This document shows positions 23,334 through 35,451 of a DNA stretch of 64,000 bases, one piece after another. Below the pieces are notes generated by a model. It saw only the letters and a list, made by a program, of their open reading frames with translations, did no database searches and had not been told where the DNA came from. This DNA comes from Leucoraja erinacea (lineage: Eukaryota). Numbering within the stretch: position 1 is the first letter of the stretch; each line of letters opens with the position of its first letter. Where the stretch lies: the NCBI RefSeq assembly GCF_028641065.1, contig NC_073408.1:5146001-5210000 (forward strand), read 5' to 3'. The position numbers and the translations under genes are program-made.

Positions 23334-25319
23334 TTCACATTCCTGCCTCTATCCCGAGTTAGCAATATAAACTGCAAAAAAAAAAAATCAAAGGAAAGTA
23401 ATGAGGGTTCAAAGTTGATTCTTGTTCCCCTTCAGACGACATCTTTAGGACAAGAGAAGACGGACTGAAAGTTAACTTGTTGTCTCTGTGTTTTAATATC
23501 AAGTTAAAACAGATTTTATGTTGCTTTAAAGATGTGTGATGGAGCATACCAATGCAAGCAAAGCTTAGAAACTGAATTCTTCTACCATTAACCCGATGTT
23601 CCTCGGACACAAGTTTTCATCCACCATGAACACCTGCTTTGTTTTTAAATCAGCTATCGTATGTGGAAAATTGATCAATTACCTTTGAAAACTCTACTCT
23701 ACACGCTGGTGTTGAACCTACTTGCCCGTGATAACACAGCAATCTATTCTGCATATTATTATACAGAATTCTGCCATTGTTGACCTTGTTTTGGTTAAAG
23801 ATTATTTGGTGGTTTTATTTCAGAAATATTTGAATTTTCCATTAACAGTGCATAAAATATCATTGATAAATGGGATCAGTATACATGGATATTTGATGTT
23901 CGCATGAACATGGGCCTAAGGACCCATTTCTATGCCGTAAGATTCTGTTGGCTGCTCTCACCAACTTTAAGGTCTTGTCATGTGTGCTGTATAAGTTGAC
24001 TGTTTCAAAAGGACTTGGTCATTAGCTATTAGACATTCCTGAATATATTCCAAGTATACAGAAGAGATCAACTTATTCAGAAAGCTAGTTTGAATACTCA
24101 AAATCACACTTTTTTGTTTACCCTGGCTAACCGATTTGCATGTGTGTGCATGTGTAAAATTTCATTGATTTTTCTTTCAAAGTAGAGGTGTCGTTATTCT
24201 GCTAAAAATCATGTACAGATTTTAACATTCCAATTTGCCATTTCACTCCAGGCACGAGAGGCACATTGTCCGTGTTAGACTTGAAGCACGGATGCTCCAA
24301 GGTGGATTTTCTTGTTAAATGTAACATTCCTTCTAACAAGGCACGTTGTTTTTGTGGTGTGTTTCAAGTAAAAGCCCCTCTGTTGTAGGAGTTAAAACTA
24401 GATTTAAAGGCACAATATAATGTTTAACATCCAACAATGGGGCCTCTGTATTCATATTAGTACTTTTGGAAAATCCTATTTCATTGTATAAAACCAGTAA
24501 GTTTGATTAAAATAACGAGCTGGGAAAAGAGAGAATGTTCCTGATTACATCAAACTTTCAGAAATATTGTGACCTAATTCTGGAGATGTATTTTGGAATT
24601 GACTACAGAGGGAGATATAAAAATTTTATGAACTACTTTAAATGTCCCTCCTTGGGGACAAATGATTGTCAAAATGGGCACTTGAAAAAAAATGACAGGG
24701 TATTCATTCTTAAAACCAGAAAAATAATTGCTTTTATTAACATTATACTACTTTTGACTACTTCCTGTTCAGTATAGAATGCTATTTTATTCTCTTTGTT
24801 TCCATGATCTTATATAAAATTATGTACATGCAGAAAATGAAACAAATCAAGTTTGCTTAAATAACTACTGCACCTGAGATACTGAGAGCTTCAATTTTGG
24901 GAGTATCTGAGAAGCTGAGGGCTTCAATGCTGCTTGCAATTTTCATCTGTTATGCAGATTTTTCACTTGTTAATTCTCAGCAGTGTTACAGATATGCACT
25001 GTTTCTGCCTAAGAGCTGGAATGCCAACCTAAGCAGAAATATATACTGGCAACTGAGGAACAAGGAGGCTTGTGACTATGGGGACCCCTATATTCTTAAA
25101 TAGACTCACTTGGATGAGGTGGTCAATAATTTAGCGTGGATATTCAGGGTGAAAATCTGTGGGTAGAAATTCAGATTTTGTGGAAAACAAAATGGCATCC
25201 TGCATCTGCTACCTCTATAGGTGCAAAAGCCTTTACGTGGAGACTTTGTTTTTTTTTCCTGAAGTTTACTGGAGCTTTAAACATGTTTTAGTTATTGACG
25301 TTGGGAACTGTTGTTTTAG

Positions 25320-25600
25320 TTTAGAGATATGGCATGAAAACGGGCCCTTCGGCTCCCCAAATCCACACTGACCGGAGATCACTCATACACTAGCTCTATC
25401 CTGCACAGTAGCAACAATTTACAGAAGCCTACAAACCTGCACATCTTTGTAATGTGGGAGGAGACGGAGCACCTGGAGAAAACCCACGCGGTCTCCTCAC
25501 TGGGAGAACGTGCAAACTCCGTATGTACAGCACCCTTAGTCAGGATCGAACCCAGGTCTCTGGTGCTGTAAGACAGCAACTCTACCGCTGCGCCACAGTT
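25320..25600 (-). mobile_element. V-SINE/HE1-like SINE
   Basis: Reverse-complement tRNA head (GGATCGAACCC, CTCTACCGCTGCGCCAC). Confidence 0.8.
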
Positions 25601-28600
25601 TTGAATACTCCCTGGCAAAATGATTTCACTTTGCCTGCAAGCTTGACCTTGAGCTTCAAATTAAACTCTCCATACTGCACACACTTGTCTCCAATACTGT
25701 TCCATTGCTGAGTTCATTGCAAATCCAGGGGGAAAACACCATCTTCTGTCTAGGCACGTTAGCACTCGGACTGTACCTGAAAAATAAAAAGCAATGGTGT
25801 CAGAGACACTGGCCACTTTTGAGATTTTCGGCAGTCATTCCATATTGCATGGAAATAGCTAATTCTCCATTTAAACGCACCAACCTTTTTGCTGCCTTTT
25901 TTTCATCTTGCCAGTAGTTACATATTCTCTCCCAAATCACTATATTGTAAATCTCCTCTTTCTCTGTATCTTTTTTGTGTTTAACTTTTTTTCCCGCAGT
26001 TCCAATGAAAGGTCATCAAGCAGAAACAATAATTCTATTTCTCTCCTCACATGCTGCCAGACCAACTGCACATTTGGAAGCTTCTGTTTTTATTTCAGAT
26101 TTCCAGCACCTGCAGTGTTTTTTTTGTCTAATGTCGATTTGTGCATCAGTATAGATACATCGTAATTATATCTTCCAGGGTACATTTGTATTAAAGGCCG
26201 CACCACTGGTTGATATTTCAGTTTACAAAGGGATAATTTTAAATGTAAAGTATTTGAATGTGTGCTGTCAATATTGAAGTAATTGCAAAAATACTTTAAA
26301 AATCTTTTTCTGTTGTTGTGTCTTTGATTTGTTCTGGAATCTATACCAGTGTATTAGCCTGTTTCACCATTAATAGCAAAGACTAATTTAGTGAGGTGAG
26401 ACTGATTTTACTCTGTATGCGCTTTAGCAGCTATCGCTTTCCTGTTGTACTAATAAGACAATCTCACTTAAAAAGCATATTCCAATCTGTTACTAGTTTT
26501 TAACAAATTCAAAATAAATATTTTATTAGAGATGTAAGCATGATTTTTGCATGTCGCTTGGTGTCAAGTGGCAAGTTTGCCCGTGCTGCTCAGTAGTTTG
26601 TGGGTTCCAGTATCATTCCATTGAGTACATTTCTCAGATGAGACTTTGAACCTGTGCCTCGTGGATTTAATTAGCATGAGGCATTATTTTTGAAAAGCAG
26701 CCTCAACAAACAGCATTAAGGTTGATCTCTGTTCAAATTCCTTGTTATGTGCAAATTGGCTGCTACACTTCAACCGCACTTTACTGGGTGTAAAATTATT
26801 TTCATTGTCGTGAGATAAAAAAGGGCACAATAGAAAAGTGATTGGAAAAAATAGGGATTGTTGAAGTTCATTGAACCAGAAAGCGACATCAAATTCATTG
26901 TCCAACTAAGCATATCTAGTTGGACAAAGTTCCAAACATTTTTGTTCCTCGAAATTGATGTATTCCCGATTTTGAAATTTGCTTTTGCAGTTTCTATTGA
27001 AATGCGGCCTCGTATATTTTTGCCTAATTTGAAGCTGTAATCATTGAGGGCAGTCAGCAATTTTATGGATATATTTGCTTGGAGTTTAAATCTAATGAAT
27101 GATGATTCCATATTTCCATATACAAGATATTCCATATTTCCTTCAGATAGGAGGCCATTTCAGCTGTTGCATCAATGCCAGCTCATCCCAACTCCCTATC
27201 AATTTTTCTTGTAACCTGTTGTCCCCACATTCCCATCAATTTATTTCCCCAGATTTTATCGCTTGCCTACACCGGAGGAGGAATTTACAGTGGCCAATTA
27301 ATCTCCCATCCCATACTCCTTGTAGGGTGTGGGAAGAAACTGGAGCATCCGGTAAGGGGGGGGGGGGACCCACGAGCTTGCAGAGAGAATGTGCAAGCTC
27401 CGCATGGTACCTTAAGCCCAAACAGAACTCTGGTTGCTGGAGCTGTGAGGCAGCAGCTCTTCCAGCCGCACCACTCTGCCTGTCTGCCACAGTTGCCCTT
27501 TGAAAGTTGACTGTCGAGAGGTTGGATGTTTGAGAGTGTAGTGGAGACGAGCAAGAGAAAACAATGTAACGTGATTCCAGGTTAGAAACAATATCAACAT
27601 GAAGATACATGCATCAAACAGCCTTCTTCATAAACAGAAGATGGTACTAATATCACATTCTGTGCAAGGATAAGGGAGATAAAAAGTATTTAATTGATAC
27701 TTAATGAAGGTCTGTCTCGTAAAAGTATTGCCTTGGATGATCAAGGAACCTTATCCAAGATACTTATGACAAATAATTGTCCAGCCATTTTCAATGCAAA
27801 TGTTACATTCTTGCCTATTGTTGCCTTTTCTATAATTGTATGGTGTGATTTTGTTTTTCCTTATAGTTTCTATGCTTTGTAATATGAATATCCCATTTGT
27901 AACAATATTTAGACATTGGGAGATTCGGATAAAATACTAATTGAAACAATTTTAAAAGCAAAAAGTCTTTGTAATGTTCATGGTTTTAATTCCATGCGTG
28001 TTTTTATATGTAAACAATTAACCCAAGGTTGAGAGAGAATGGCAGAATGCATTGTATGATGTGTGCTAAATGTTCTGTCGGGAGGAAAAGTAAATATGTA
28101 CTGTATCATGGAAAAGTTTGATTTCTCCTGAAAAATGTAGGCTTTTGTGAAGACTAACTTATCAAGCAGCATTCCAATCATTACTTTTTTCCATTTTGGT
28201 GATGAAATTGTTGGACAGTAACTTCATGAATTGAGCATAACCAAATAGTTAAATGGCTGGTACTAGACACATTAACATTCAAAACTAAAGTTGCAATATA
28301 AACGGATTAGCATTTTTCCATAACATATTCAAAGGTATTGCAAAAGCAGCTTTCAAGGGAGTGAAAATGAAATGCTTTTAGAACTTTGTTACTGTAAATT
28401 AAGTGTACATCTATGAAATAACTGCCATCATTGAACAGCTATTAGCCTACTTGTATCAGCAGTTAATCTGAAAGTTCACAGTTGTACATGCCTACAATTG
28501 TACATGCTTATAAATATTTTTGTTTTTGAAAGGTACAAAAGCCCATAGTAAGTGTTATGTCCTTTATTATATTGTACATTCTCAATTATTTGAATCCTTA

Positions 28601-28630
28601 GTTATCCATTTGCAAGTATGAAACTTCTAT

Positions 28631-28636
28631 AATAAA
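28631..28636 (+). terminator. Candidate distal poly(A) signal of VPS26B (implies ~5.3 kb 3' UTR)
   Basis: AATAAA at the end of an AT-rich, repeat-poor stretch, preceded by a cluster of TGTA/TGTACA motifs and followed by GT/T-rich sequence. More proximal AATAAA copies also exist (~25783, ~26513). Confidence 0.45.
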
Positions 28637-30332
28637 AGTGGATTTGTACATTTTATGTACTAGATTTTACAAAATGTAGCTGTCTTATGAAAAGCTAGGT
28701 GCATCAAGGCTTGAAAAATGGTAGTAAAGTTGGCCTCCATTCTGTTATCAGCTTGAACCTTTTATTAACAATAGTGATATACTCTTGTGTTATAACTCAT
28801 GGAAGTTTTGGATAGACTGTGGCACAATGGTGGGACTCGAGTTGGTTGGGTTGTGCTACATTTGTTGATCACAACCTCGAAGGGTAGCTGTTTCTTTGGA
28901 CAAACCCTCGCTAGCTTGGTCGCTGACCAATCATCTGGTGCCCTTCCAAATTATCTGATTGTCTGGGAATGTTGTTTCTTGCTTTTCAATGCTGCGTTTG
29001 TCTTCTCACTTCATCAAGAACGTTGTGTCTACTTTTTTTTGTACTATAATTGTAATTTTGGGTTTCGAAAAATAGGAGCCAGAAAAGACGATCGGCAATG
29101 TTTAAACAAGAAACATGCAGATTAAATTTCTACCGCAGTGAATGCAGTAAACGTAACAAACAAGTGAGAGAGTATTTTTTGTTCATTACATTCACCACAA
29201 CCTCACCTTAAGCCACATAAAGGTCGCAATGCAGACAAATTTCATTCAGCTCTTTCTGTTTTGCTTTGATCCAGCAATGCGCTACAAATATGTTTCTGCT
29301 AAGCGAGACCTGTTTTTTGTCAAGACCTGCTTTCTTGTAAAGATCTTCACTGGATATTTCTCCACCACCACTGTGGTAACGTAATCCAGGACTTCATCTA
29401 GTCATTATAGAGTTGGGGCGAGGGAATTCCGAAGCATTCTTTTTTTGGGGTTCATTTGCAAATTACTCTCCTATAACCATGGGTCCTTAATGATTCTGCA
29501 AAGATTCAGATTCAGATTCAATTTTAATTGTCATTGTCCGTGTACAGTACAGAGACAACGAAATGCAAACCATTTCCATTTACGTAAAATATATCTACGT
29601 ACCTCCATCAAATCCCCTCTCACCCTTTTCTGTTGTAAGGGAACCAATCCCAGTTTTCCCAATGTATCCCTGTAAATCAAGTTCCTAAACAGTGAAATTA
29701 TTCAGGTACTTTCTCCCTGCATACTCCTAAAGGCCTGTGCATCTTTCTGAAAGTGCGGTGCTCAAGAACTAGACTTGCTATTCCAATAATGACAAACTAA
29801 TATAACTGGATTCCATAAGCTTCCCGTTTGGGAAAAAAAACCCTCAATAATTGTGCCATTTTAACAGTGATCACCCCGTGCACTAGCACTCCGACACACT
29901 AGGGACAATTTACATTAGTCAATCAATCTCCAAACCTGCACGTCTTTGGAATGTTGGAATAAACTGGAGTTTCCAGAGAAAACCCGTGCGGTCACAAGGA
30001 GAATGCATAAACTCTGTACAGACAGCACCCATGGTTAGGATCGAACCCAGGCCCCTGCTGGTGTAAAGCACCAATTCTACCACTCTGTCGCCCTCTTTTT
30101 TATGTCACCCCTCCGTTAAATTTAATCTGCCCATTCATCCAGCCTGTCTTGAGGGACCTGATGACCGGTTCTTGCTCTGGTTGTGCTCCACCCAAGCTAG
30201 CAGATGCAACCTACAATTAATAATGAAGGAACATCCCTCCAGTAATAGAGCAACATCCCTCCAGTAGCGCGCCAGAATATGATCACAAGGTCCACAACAC
30301 CAAAGTCCACTGTGATATTCTAATGGAACATT

Positions 30333-30901
30333 ACAATATATTTTCAGGTGCGGCAGAGGTTCACCTGCACCTCCTCCAACCTCATCTATTGCATCCGCTG
30401 CTCTAGGTGTCAGCTGCTCTACTTCGGTGAAACCAAACGTAGGCTTGGCGATCGCTTCGCCCAACACCTCCGCTCGGTTCGCATTAACCTACCTGATCTC
30501 CTGGTGGATCAGCACTTCAACTCCCCCTCCCATTCCGAATCCGACCTTTCTGCCCTGGGCCTCCTCCATGGCCAGAGTGGGGACCACCATAAATTGGAGG
30601 AGGAGCACCTCATATTTCGCTTGGGCAGTTAACACCCCAGCAGTATGAACATTGACATCTCTAATTTCAGGTAGTCCCTGCTTTCTCCTCCCCTTCACAG
30701 CTCTCCCTCAGCCTACTGTCTCCGCCTCTTCCTTTCTTCATCCTGGCCCCCCCCCATCCTCACATCAGTCTGAAGAAGTGTCTCGACCCGAAACATTGCC
30801 AATTTCCTTCACTCCATAGATGCTGCCTCACCCGCTGAGTTTCTCCAGCATTTTTGTCTACCTTCGATTCTCCAGCATCTGCAGTTCCTTCTTAAACGTT
30901 G
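30333..30901 (+). mobile_element. 5'-truncated Penelope-like element: GIY-YIG endonuclease C-terminus plus terminal repeat
   Basis: FTCTSSNLIYCIRCSRCQLLYFGETKRRLGDRFAQH...HF motif, with a premature TAA at 30630. 12-bp TSD TAATGGAACATT at 30321-30332 and 30902-30913. Confidence 0.92.
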
Positions 30902-30931
30902 TAATGGAACATTTGTGATTATGGCCAGAAT

Positions 30932-31045
30932 GTCAGGATAGCCAAATGGTCTAAGGTGCCAGGCTCAAGGAATAAAGTCCTTCTGAAGTAGAGCGGGTGT
31001 TCTGGTCACCAACTGGAGGTGTGGATTCGAATCCCACTTCTGCCA
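30932..31045 (+). tRNA. Intron-containing tRNA-Leu(CAA), degenerate (probable pseudogene)
   Basis: GTCAGGATAGCCAAATGGTCTAAGGTGCCAGGCTCAAG [30-nt intron ~30970-30999] TTCTGGTCACCAACTGGAGGTGTGGATTCGAATCCCACTTCTGCCA matches vertebrate tRNA-Leu-CAA. There are substitutions in the A box, the B box (GATTCGA), the T stem and the acceptor stem. Confidence 0.85.
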
Positions 31046-31499
31046 CACATTTTGTATGCAAAAGCAAGGAATATTACTGTACCTAGGTACTTGTGACAAT
31101 AAAATATTGAAGGCCAGACTTTCAAGGGAAAATATGAAAACCCTGAATGCAACATGGATTTCTGTGTTTCTCCTCAAACATTTTTTAAACACGGGCTAGA
31201 TTCCTTTAATTTAACATAACCCAGATGTTGCTGTTATACTCAGAAATGCTGTGCCTCCCTTCGTGATTATTGAAATTGCCTGAAATTGTGGTCTTAATTT
31301 CAGCCAAGAGAGTGTCTAGATCCCCTGCCTTAGAGTTAGAACCCCTTTCACCCAATCCTCCACTTCCTTCTGTATTCACCTCTCACTCTCACTGATCTCT
31401 CTTCCCTCCCAGCCCAGCGAGCAAGAGAAGGTGCAGCAGCACCTCCCATAACTCTTTTTCCCCCGCACACTGCAGCAGAGGGGGAGAAAGCACCCACGC

Positions 31500-31820
31500 C
31501 TCCTCTCTCCTCCTCTCCTCTCACCTCCTCTATCCCACTCTCTCCTCTCACCTCCTCTCCCCCCTCTCCCCCCTCTCTCCCCTCTCCCCTTTCCTCTCCT
31601 CTCCTCTCACCTCCCCTCTCCTCTCCCCTCCTCTCCCCTCCTACTTTCCCCTCTCCCCTCCTACTCTCTCCCCTCCTCTCCTCTCACCTCCTCTCTCCTA
31701 CTCTCCCCCACTCTCTCCTCTCTCCTCTCCTCCCCCCTCTCTCCTCTCCTCCCCTCCTCTCTCCTCTCACCTCTTCTCCCCTCTCCTCTTCTCTCCCACT
31801 CCTTCCTCCTCCCTCTCCTC
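31500..31820 (+). repeat. CT-rich polypyrimidine low-complexity tract
   Basis: (CTCTC/CTCCC)n. Confidence 0.9.
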
Positions 31821-31858
31821 CAAAGATCCTATAGCAGAGTTCTGCTATAGGATCTTTG
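31821..31858. mobile_element. 38-bp palindromic micro-MITE (hAT/P-like termini)
   Basis: CAAAGATCCTATAGCAGA-gt-TCTGCTATAGGATCTTTG; flanks CTCTCCTC / CTCTCCCC (7/8 match). Confidence 0.55.
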
Positions 31859-31869
31859 CTCTCCCCTGC

Positions 31870-32005
31870 ATCAGCCTGTAATCCGGTACCTTTAGCCGGG
31901 CCGGTGGGAGCCGTCGGATCGTTTATAGAGGACAGCAGACCTTCCTGTCGGTGCACACAGAGGGAGAGAGGGAAGGAGAGAGAAGAGAGGGGTTGGTTCT
32001 TGTTG
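31870..32005 (+). promoter_or_regulatory. Putative ANAPC13 promoter / non-coding first exon
   Basis: Small CpG cluster followed by a strong TTG|GTAAGT donor at 32005/32006. The ATG-containing exon has its own acceptor (tttaAG at 33390-33391), so an upstream exon is required. Confidence 0.45.
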
Positions 32006-32260
32006 GTAAGTGGCAGGGACGGTGGAGTGAGGGAGGATGAATGAAGGGGTTGGAGAGGGAGAGAGAGAGGGGTTGTTGTTGGGAAGATGGAGGTTGTGGG
32101 GAGTTTGTGGAGGGGGGAGGGGAGTTATGGAGGGAGGGTGGAGCTTGTGGGTGGAGGATGAATCAAGGTGTTGGGGTAAAGGAAGAGGAGGAGAGGGGAT
32201 GGAGGAACGGTGGAGTTGGTGATGGGAGGAGGGGGAAGGATTGATGAAGGTTGGAGAGGG

Positions 32261-32567
32261 NNNNNNNNNNNNNNNNNNNNNNNNNNNNNNNNNNNNNNNN
32301 NNNNNNNNNNNNNNNNNNNNNNNNNNNNNNNNNNNNNNNNNNNNNNNNNNNNNNNNNNNNNNNNNNNNNNNNNNNNNNNNNNNNNNNNNNNNNNNNNNNN
32401 NNNNNNNNNNNNNNNNNNNNNNNNNNNNNNNNNNNNNNNNNNNNNNNNNNNNNNNNNNNNNNNNNNNNNNNNNNNNNNNNNNNNNNNNNNNNNNNNNNNN
32501 NNNNNNNNNNNNNNNNNNNNNNNNNNNNNNNNNNNNNNNNNNNNNNNNNNNNNNNNNNNNNNNNNNN
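32261..32567. other. Assembly gap (307 N) within GA-rich low-complexity DNA
   Basis: Run of N. Confidence 1.
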
Positions 32568-33446
32568 GTGGGAGGGACGGTGGAGCTTGTAGTGGATGGT
32601 AGGGGGAGGGAGGATGAATAAAGAGTACACAAAAATGCTGGAGAAACTCAGTGGGTGCAACAACATCTATGGAGCGAAGGAAATAGGCAATTTTCGGGCC
32701 AAAACCCTTCTTCAGACTGAGTACTGGGAGAGGGTGACAGAGATGAGGAAGGGTAAGGTGTGAAAATGAGACATCAAAGGGGATGAATAAAGGGGTTGAT
32801 GGCAGGAAGGAGAGGGTGGGAGGGGAGGGTGGGAGCGGTAAAGGACAAAGAGGGTCCAAAGTGTTTTTCAGTCTTAGATTCAAGCAACTACAGCCTCTTG
32901 GTTTACATTTGACTTAACATATGTGTAATGAAGAACAGGTTTGTGTGAACCCATGGTAACAAAAGGATGCTGGATTTGAAAATGTAGGAAGGAACTGCAG
33001 ATGCTGGTTTACACCTAAGTAGACACAAAATGCTGGAGTAACTCAGCGGGCCAGGTAACACCTTTGGATAAAAGGAATGGGTGACGTTTCGGGCCGAAAC
33101 CTTTCTTCAGACTGATTGAACTCAGCTGGACAGGCAGCATCTTTGGATAAAAGGAATGGGTGACGATTCAGGTCGAGACCCTTCTTCAGACTGAGTATCG
33201 GGAGAGGGCGACAGGGAGATAAGGAAGGGTAAGGTGTGAAAATGAGACATCAAAGGGGATGGAGATCAGGAACATGTAGAACAGATCATGTTTAACTTGG
33301 AGGACTGACATCCTGTATTTGAAATACTCCTGTATTTATAAATGTTGTGGAAAAGGCTTTATCTGCACTTGCTCATTTCTTTATCTTTAAGGCATATCCA
33401 CGTCTGTAACTCCAGGATTCATTAGTGTGGTCTGACAACCGATTAA

Positions 33447-33545
33447 ATGGACAGTGAGGTACAGCGAGACGGCAGAATTCTGGACTTGATTGATGATGCG
33501 TGGCGGGAAGACAAGCTGCCGTATGAGGATGTGGAGATACCTTTG
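33447..33545 (+). CDS. ANAPC13: Anaphase-promoting complex subunit 13, first coding exon
   Basis: MDSEVQRDGRILDLIDDAWREDKLPYEDVEIPL. An in-frame TAA lies directly before the ATG. TTG|GTATGT donor. Confidence 0.96.
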
Positions 33546-34127
33546 GTATGTACTGTACTCAGAGTAACTCTCAGGTTTGAACAGCCTAAAGTTAGTCTAA
33601 CATCTGTAATAGCCTCAGAATAAAAGGACATACCTTCAGAAAGGAGATGAGTGGGAATTTCTTTCATCAGAAGGTGGTGAATCTGTGGAATTCATTGCCA
33701 CAGAAAGCTGTGTAGGCCGTCATTGGGTAATTTAAAGGGGAGGATTTGCAGATTCTTGAAAAGTACTTGTTTCAAGGGTTATGGGGAGAAGGCAGGAAAA
33801 TGGGGTTGAGAGCCATGATTGAATGGCGGAGTAGACGTGATGGGCCGAAAAGCCTAATTCTGCTCCTATAACTTATGAATTCCCTCTGGAGATCCTGTAA
33901 ACGGAGGAGCCCATGGGGTGGGAGATTGCAACCTTCACGTGGTCCGCCTTGTTTCGACGAATGCAATCAACCTGGCGTGCACAATCAAATAAGATCGAAT
34001 GGAACAAGTTGACCTACAACTTTAGGCTGTGCACGCCATACACAAGAAGAAGAAGAAGAGTTGCCCATTAATATGCATCTTAGAAAGGTGCTTGTCTATA
34101 TCCTGCATGTTTATTTTCCTTCCCTAG

Positions 34128-34253
34128 AGTGAACTTCCGGAACCCGAACAAGATAACGGGGGAACAACAGAATCGATTAATGAACAAGACATGAAATGGA
34201 CTGACCTGGCCTTGCAAAACTTGCATGAAAATACCCCATCTGCTGGAAGCTAG
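34128..34253 (+). CDS. ANAPC13: ANAPC13 second coding exon (74 aa total)
   Basis: ccctAG acceptor. [41 protein letters not shown]. Confidence 0.96.
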   Translation, partial: SELPEPEQDNGGTTESINEQDMKWTDLALQNLHENTPSAGS

Positions 34254-34829
34254 AGAGTTACTGAGGGTGTTGATACCAGCACAGCAACAAAGTTTATTAC
34301 TATGTTCTTTCCAAAAGGCGGGTACCAGCGTTTGCTTTCATATGAACATTTACTCGGGACTTGATGTCCACATCAGCAAAGTAAAATTACATAACGAAGC
34401 ATGAAAGCAAAAATGAAACAACTTCAGCAACAATATTCATGGACAATTAAATGCTGAATGAAAGAGTGGAAAATATCACCATTGATTTTTATTTATTTAA
34501 TAAGAAAGTTTGTATTCATCAAGTAGAAGTAATGAAGGTGGAGCTATCTCACTTGCAAGCAATGTGTCAGGAGGATAATTTTGGCATTGGCTAATATCTG
34601 TTATATTCTCATTATATCAAAACCACTTGTGTTGTATAACCCTGGCGCGTAAATCATTTCATGCTATTTGTAACTAAAATCATAAATAACTGATTCACTC
34701 ATCTTGCAAACATTAAGCTTCTCGTGATTTCTCTGTGTCTATTTTAATGTTTTCCAGCAGTAAACTGAATCTGGTTCCATAACATGTACTGGAAATAGAA
34801 ATGAAAATTAAGAGCCCGACCTTTGGCGT

Positions 34830-35195
34830 ACAAGTGTACAACATCATGAGAGGAATAGGTCAGGTAAATGCAGAGTCTTTTGCCCAGAGTTGGGGAATCA
34901 AGAACCAGAGGATATAGGTTTATGGTGAGGGAGGAAAGATTTAAAAGGAACCTAAGGGGTAACTTTTATTCATACAAAGGGCGGTGGGTATATGGAACGA
35001 GTTGCCAGAGGACGTAGTTGGGGCAGGTACTATCACAACATTTAAGAGACATTTAGACAAGTATGTGGATAGGATAGATTTAAAGGGTTATGAGTTAAGC
35101 ACGGGCAGGTGGGTCTAGTGTAGATGGGGCATGTTGGTCGGTGTGGGCAAGTTTGGACGAAGGGCTTGTTTCCACCCTGTATGACTCTATGACTA
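34830..35195 (+). mobile_element. CR1-like LINE 3' end, second subfamily (tail shared with the SINEs)
   Basis: RT C-terminal remnant ending GAAGGGCTTGTTTCC...(ATGACTCT). Confidence 0.75.
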
Positions 35196-35451
35196 AGTGT
35201 AAACTGAACTTTCATTCCCACATTAGTCATCTAATCCAGTGACATTCTCAATAGTAATAGTGTGGTGCACAAGTTATTTCAGATTTTAGATTCCCAGTAA
35301 TTCTGCTGGTCCACTTGGTTCTTTGTACCATTACCATTCCTTTCTGTCTTACACCGATGTCCTTGTTGTTAGTTGAGCTTGTCTGATTTCTGCCCAAATA
35401 CAAACCATCCCACTGTCTTTCTCCTATCATTCACTGCATCGTAAACGTACC

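Noticed and set aside
31684-32883. Long ORFs up to 252 aa
   Set aside because: They span the N gap and low-complexity tracts.
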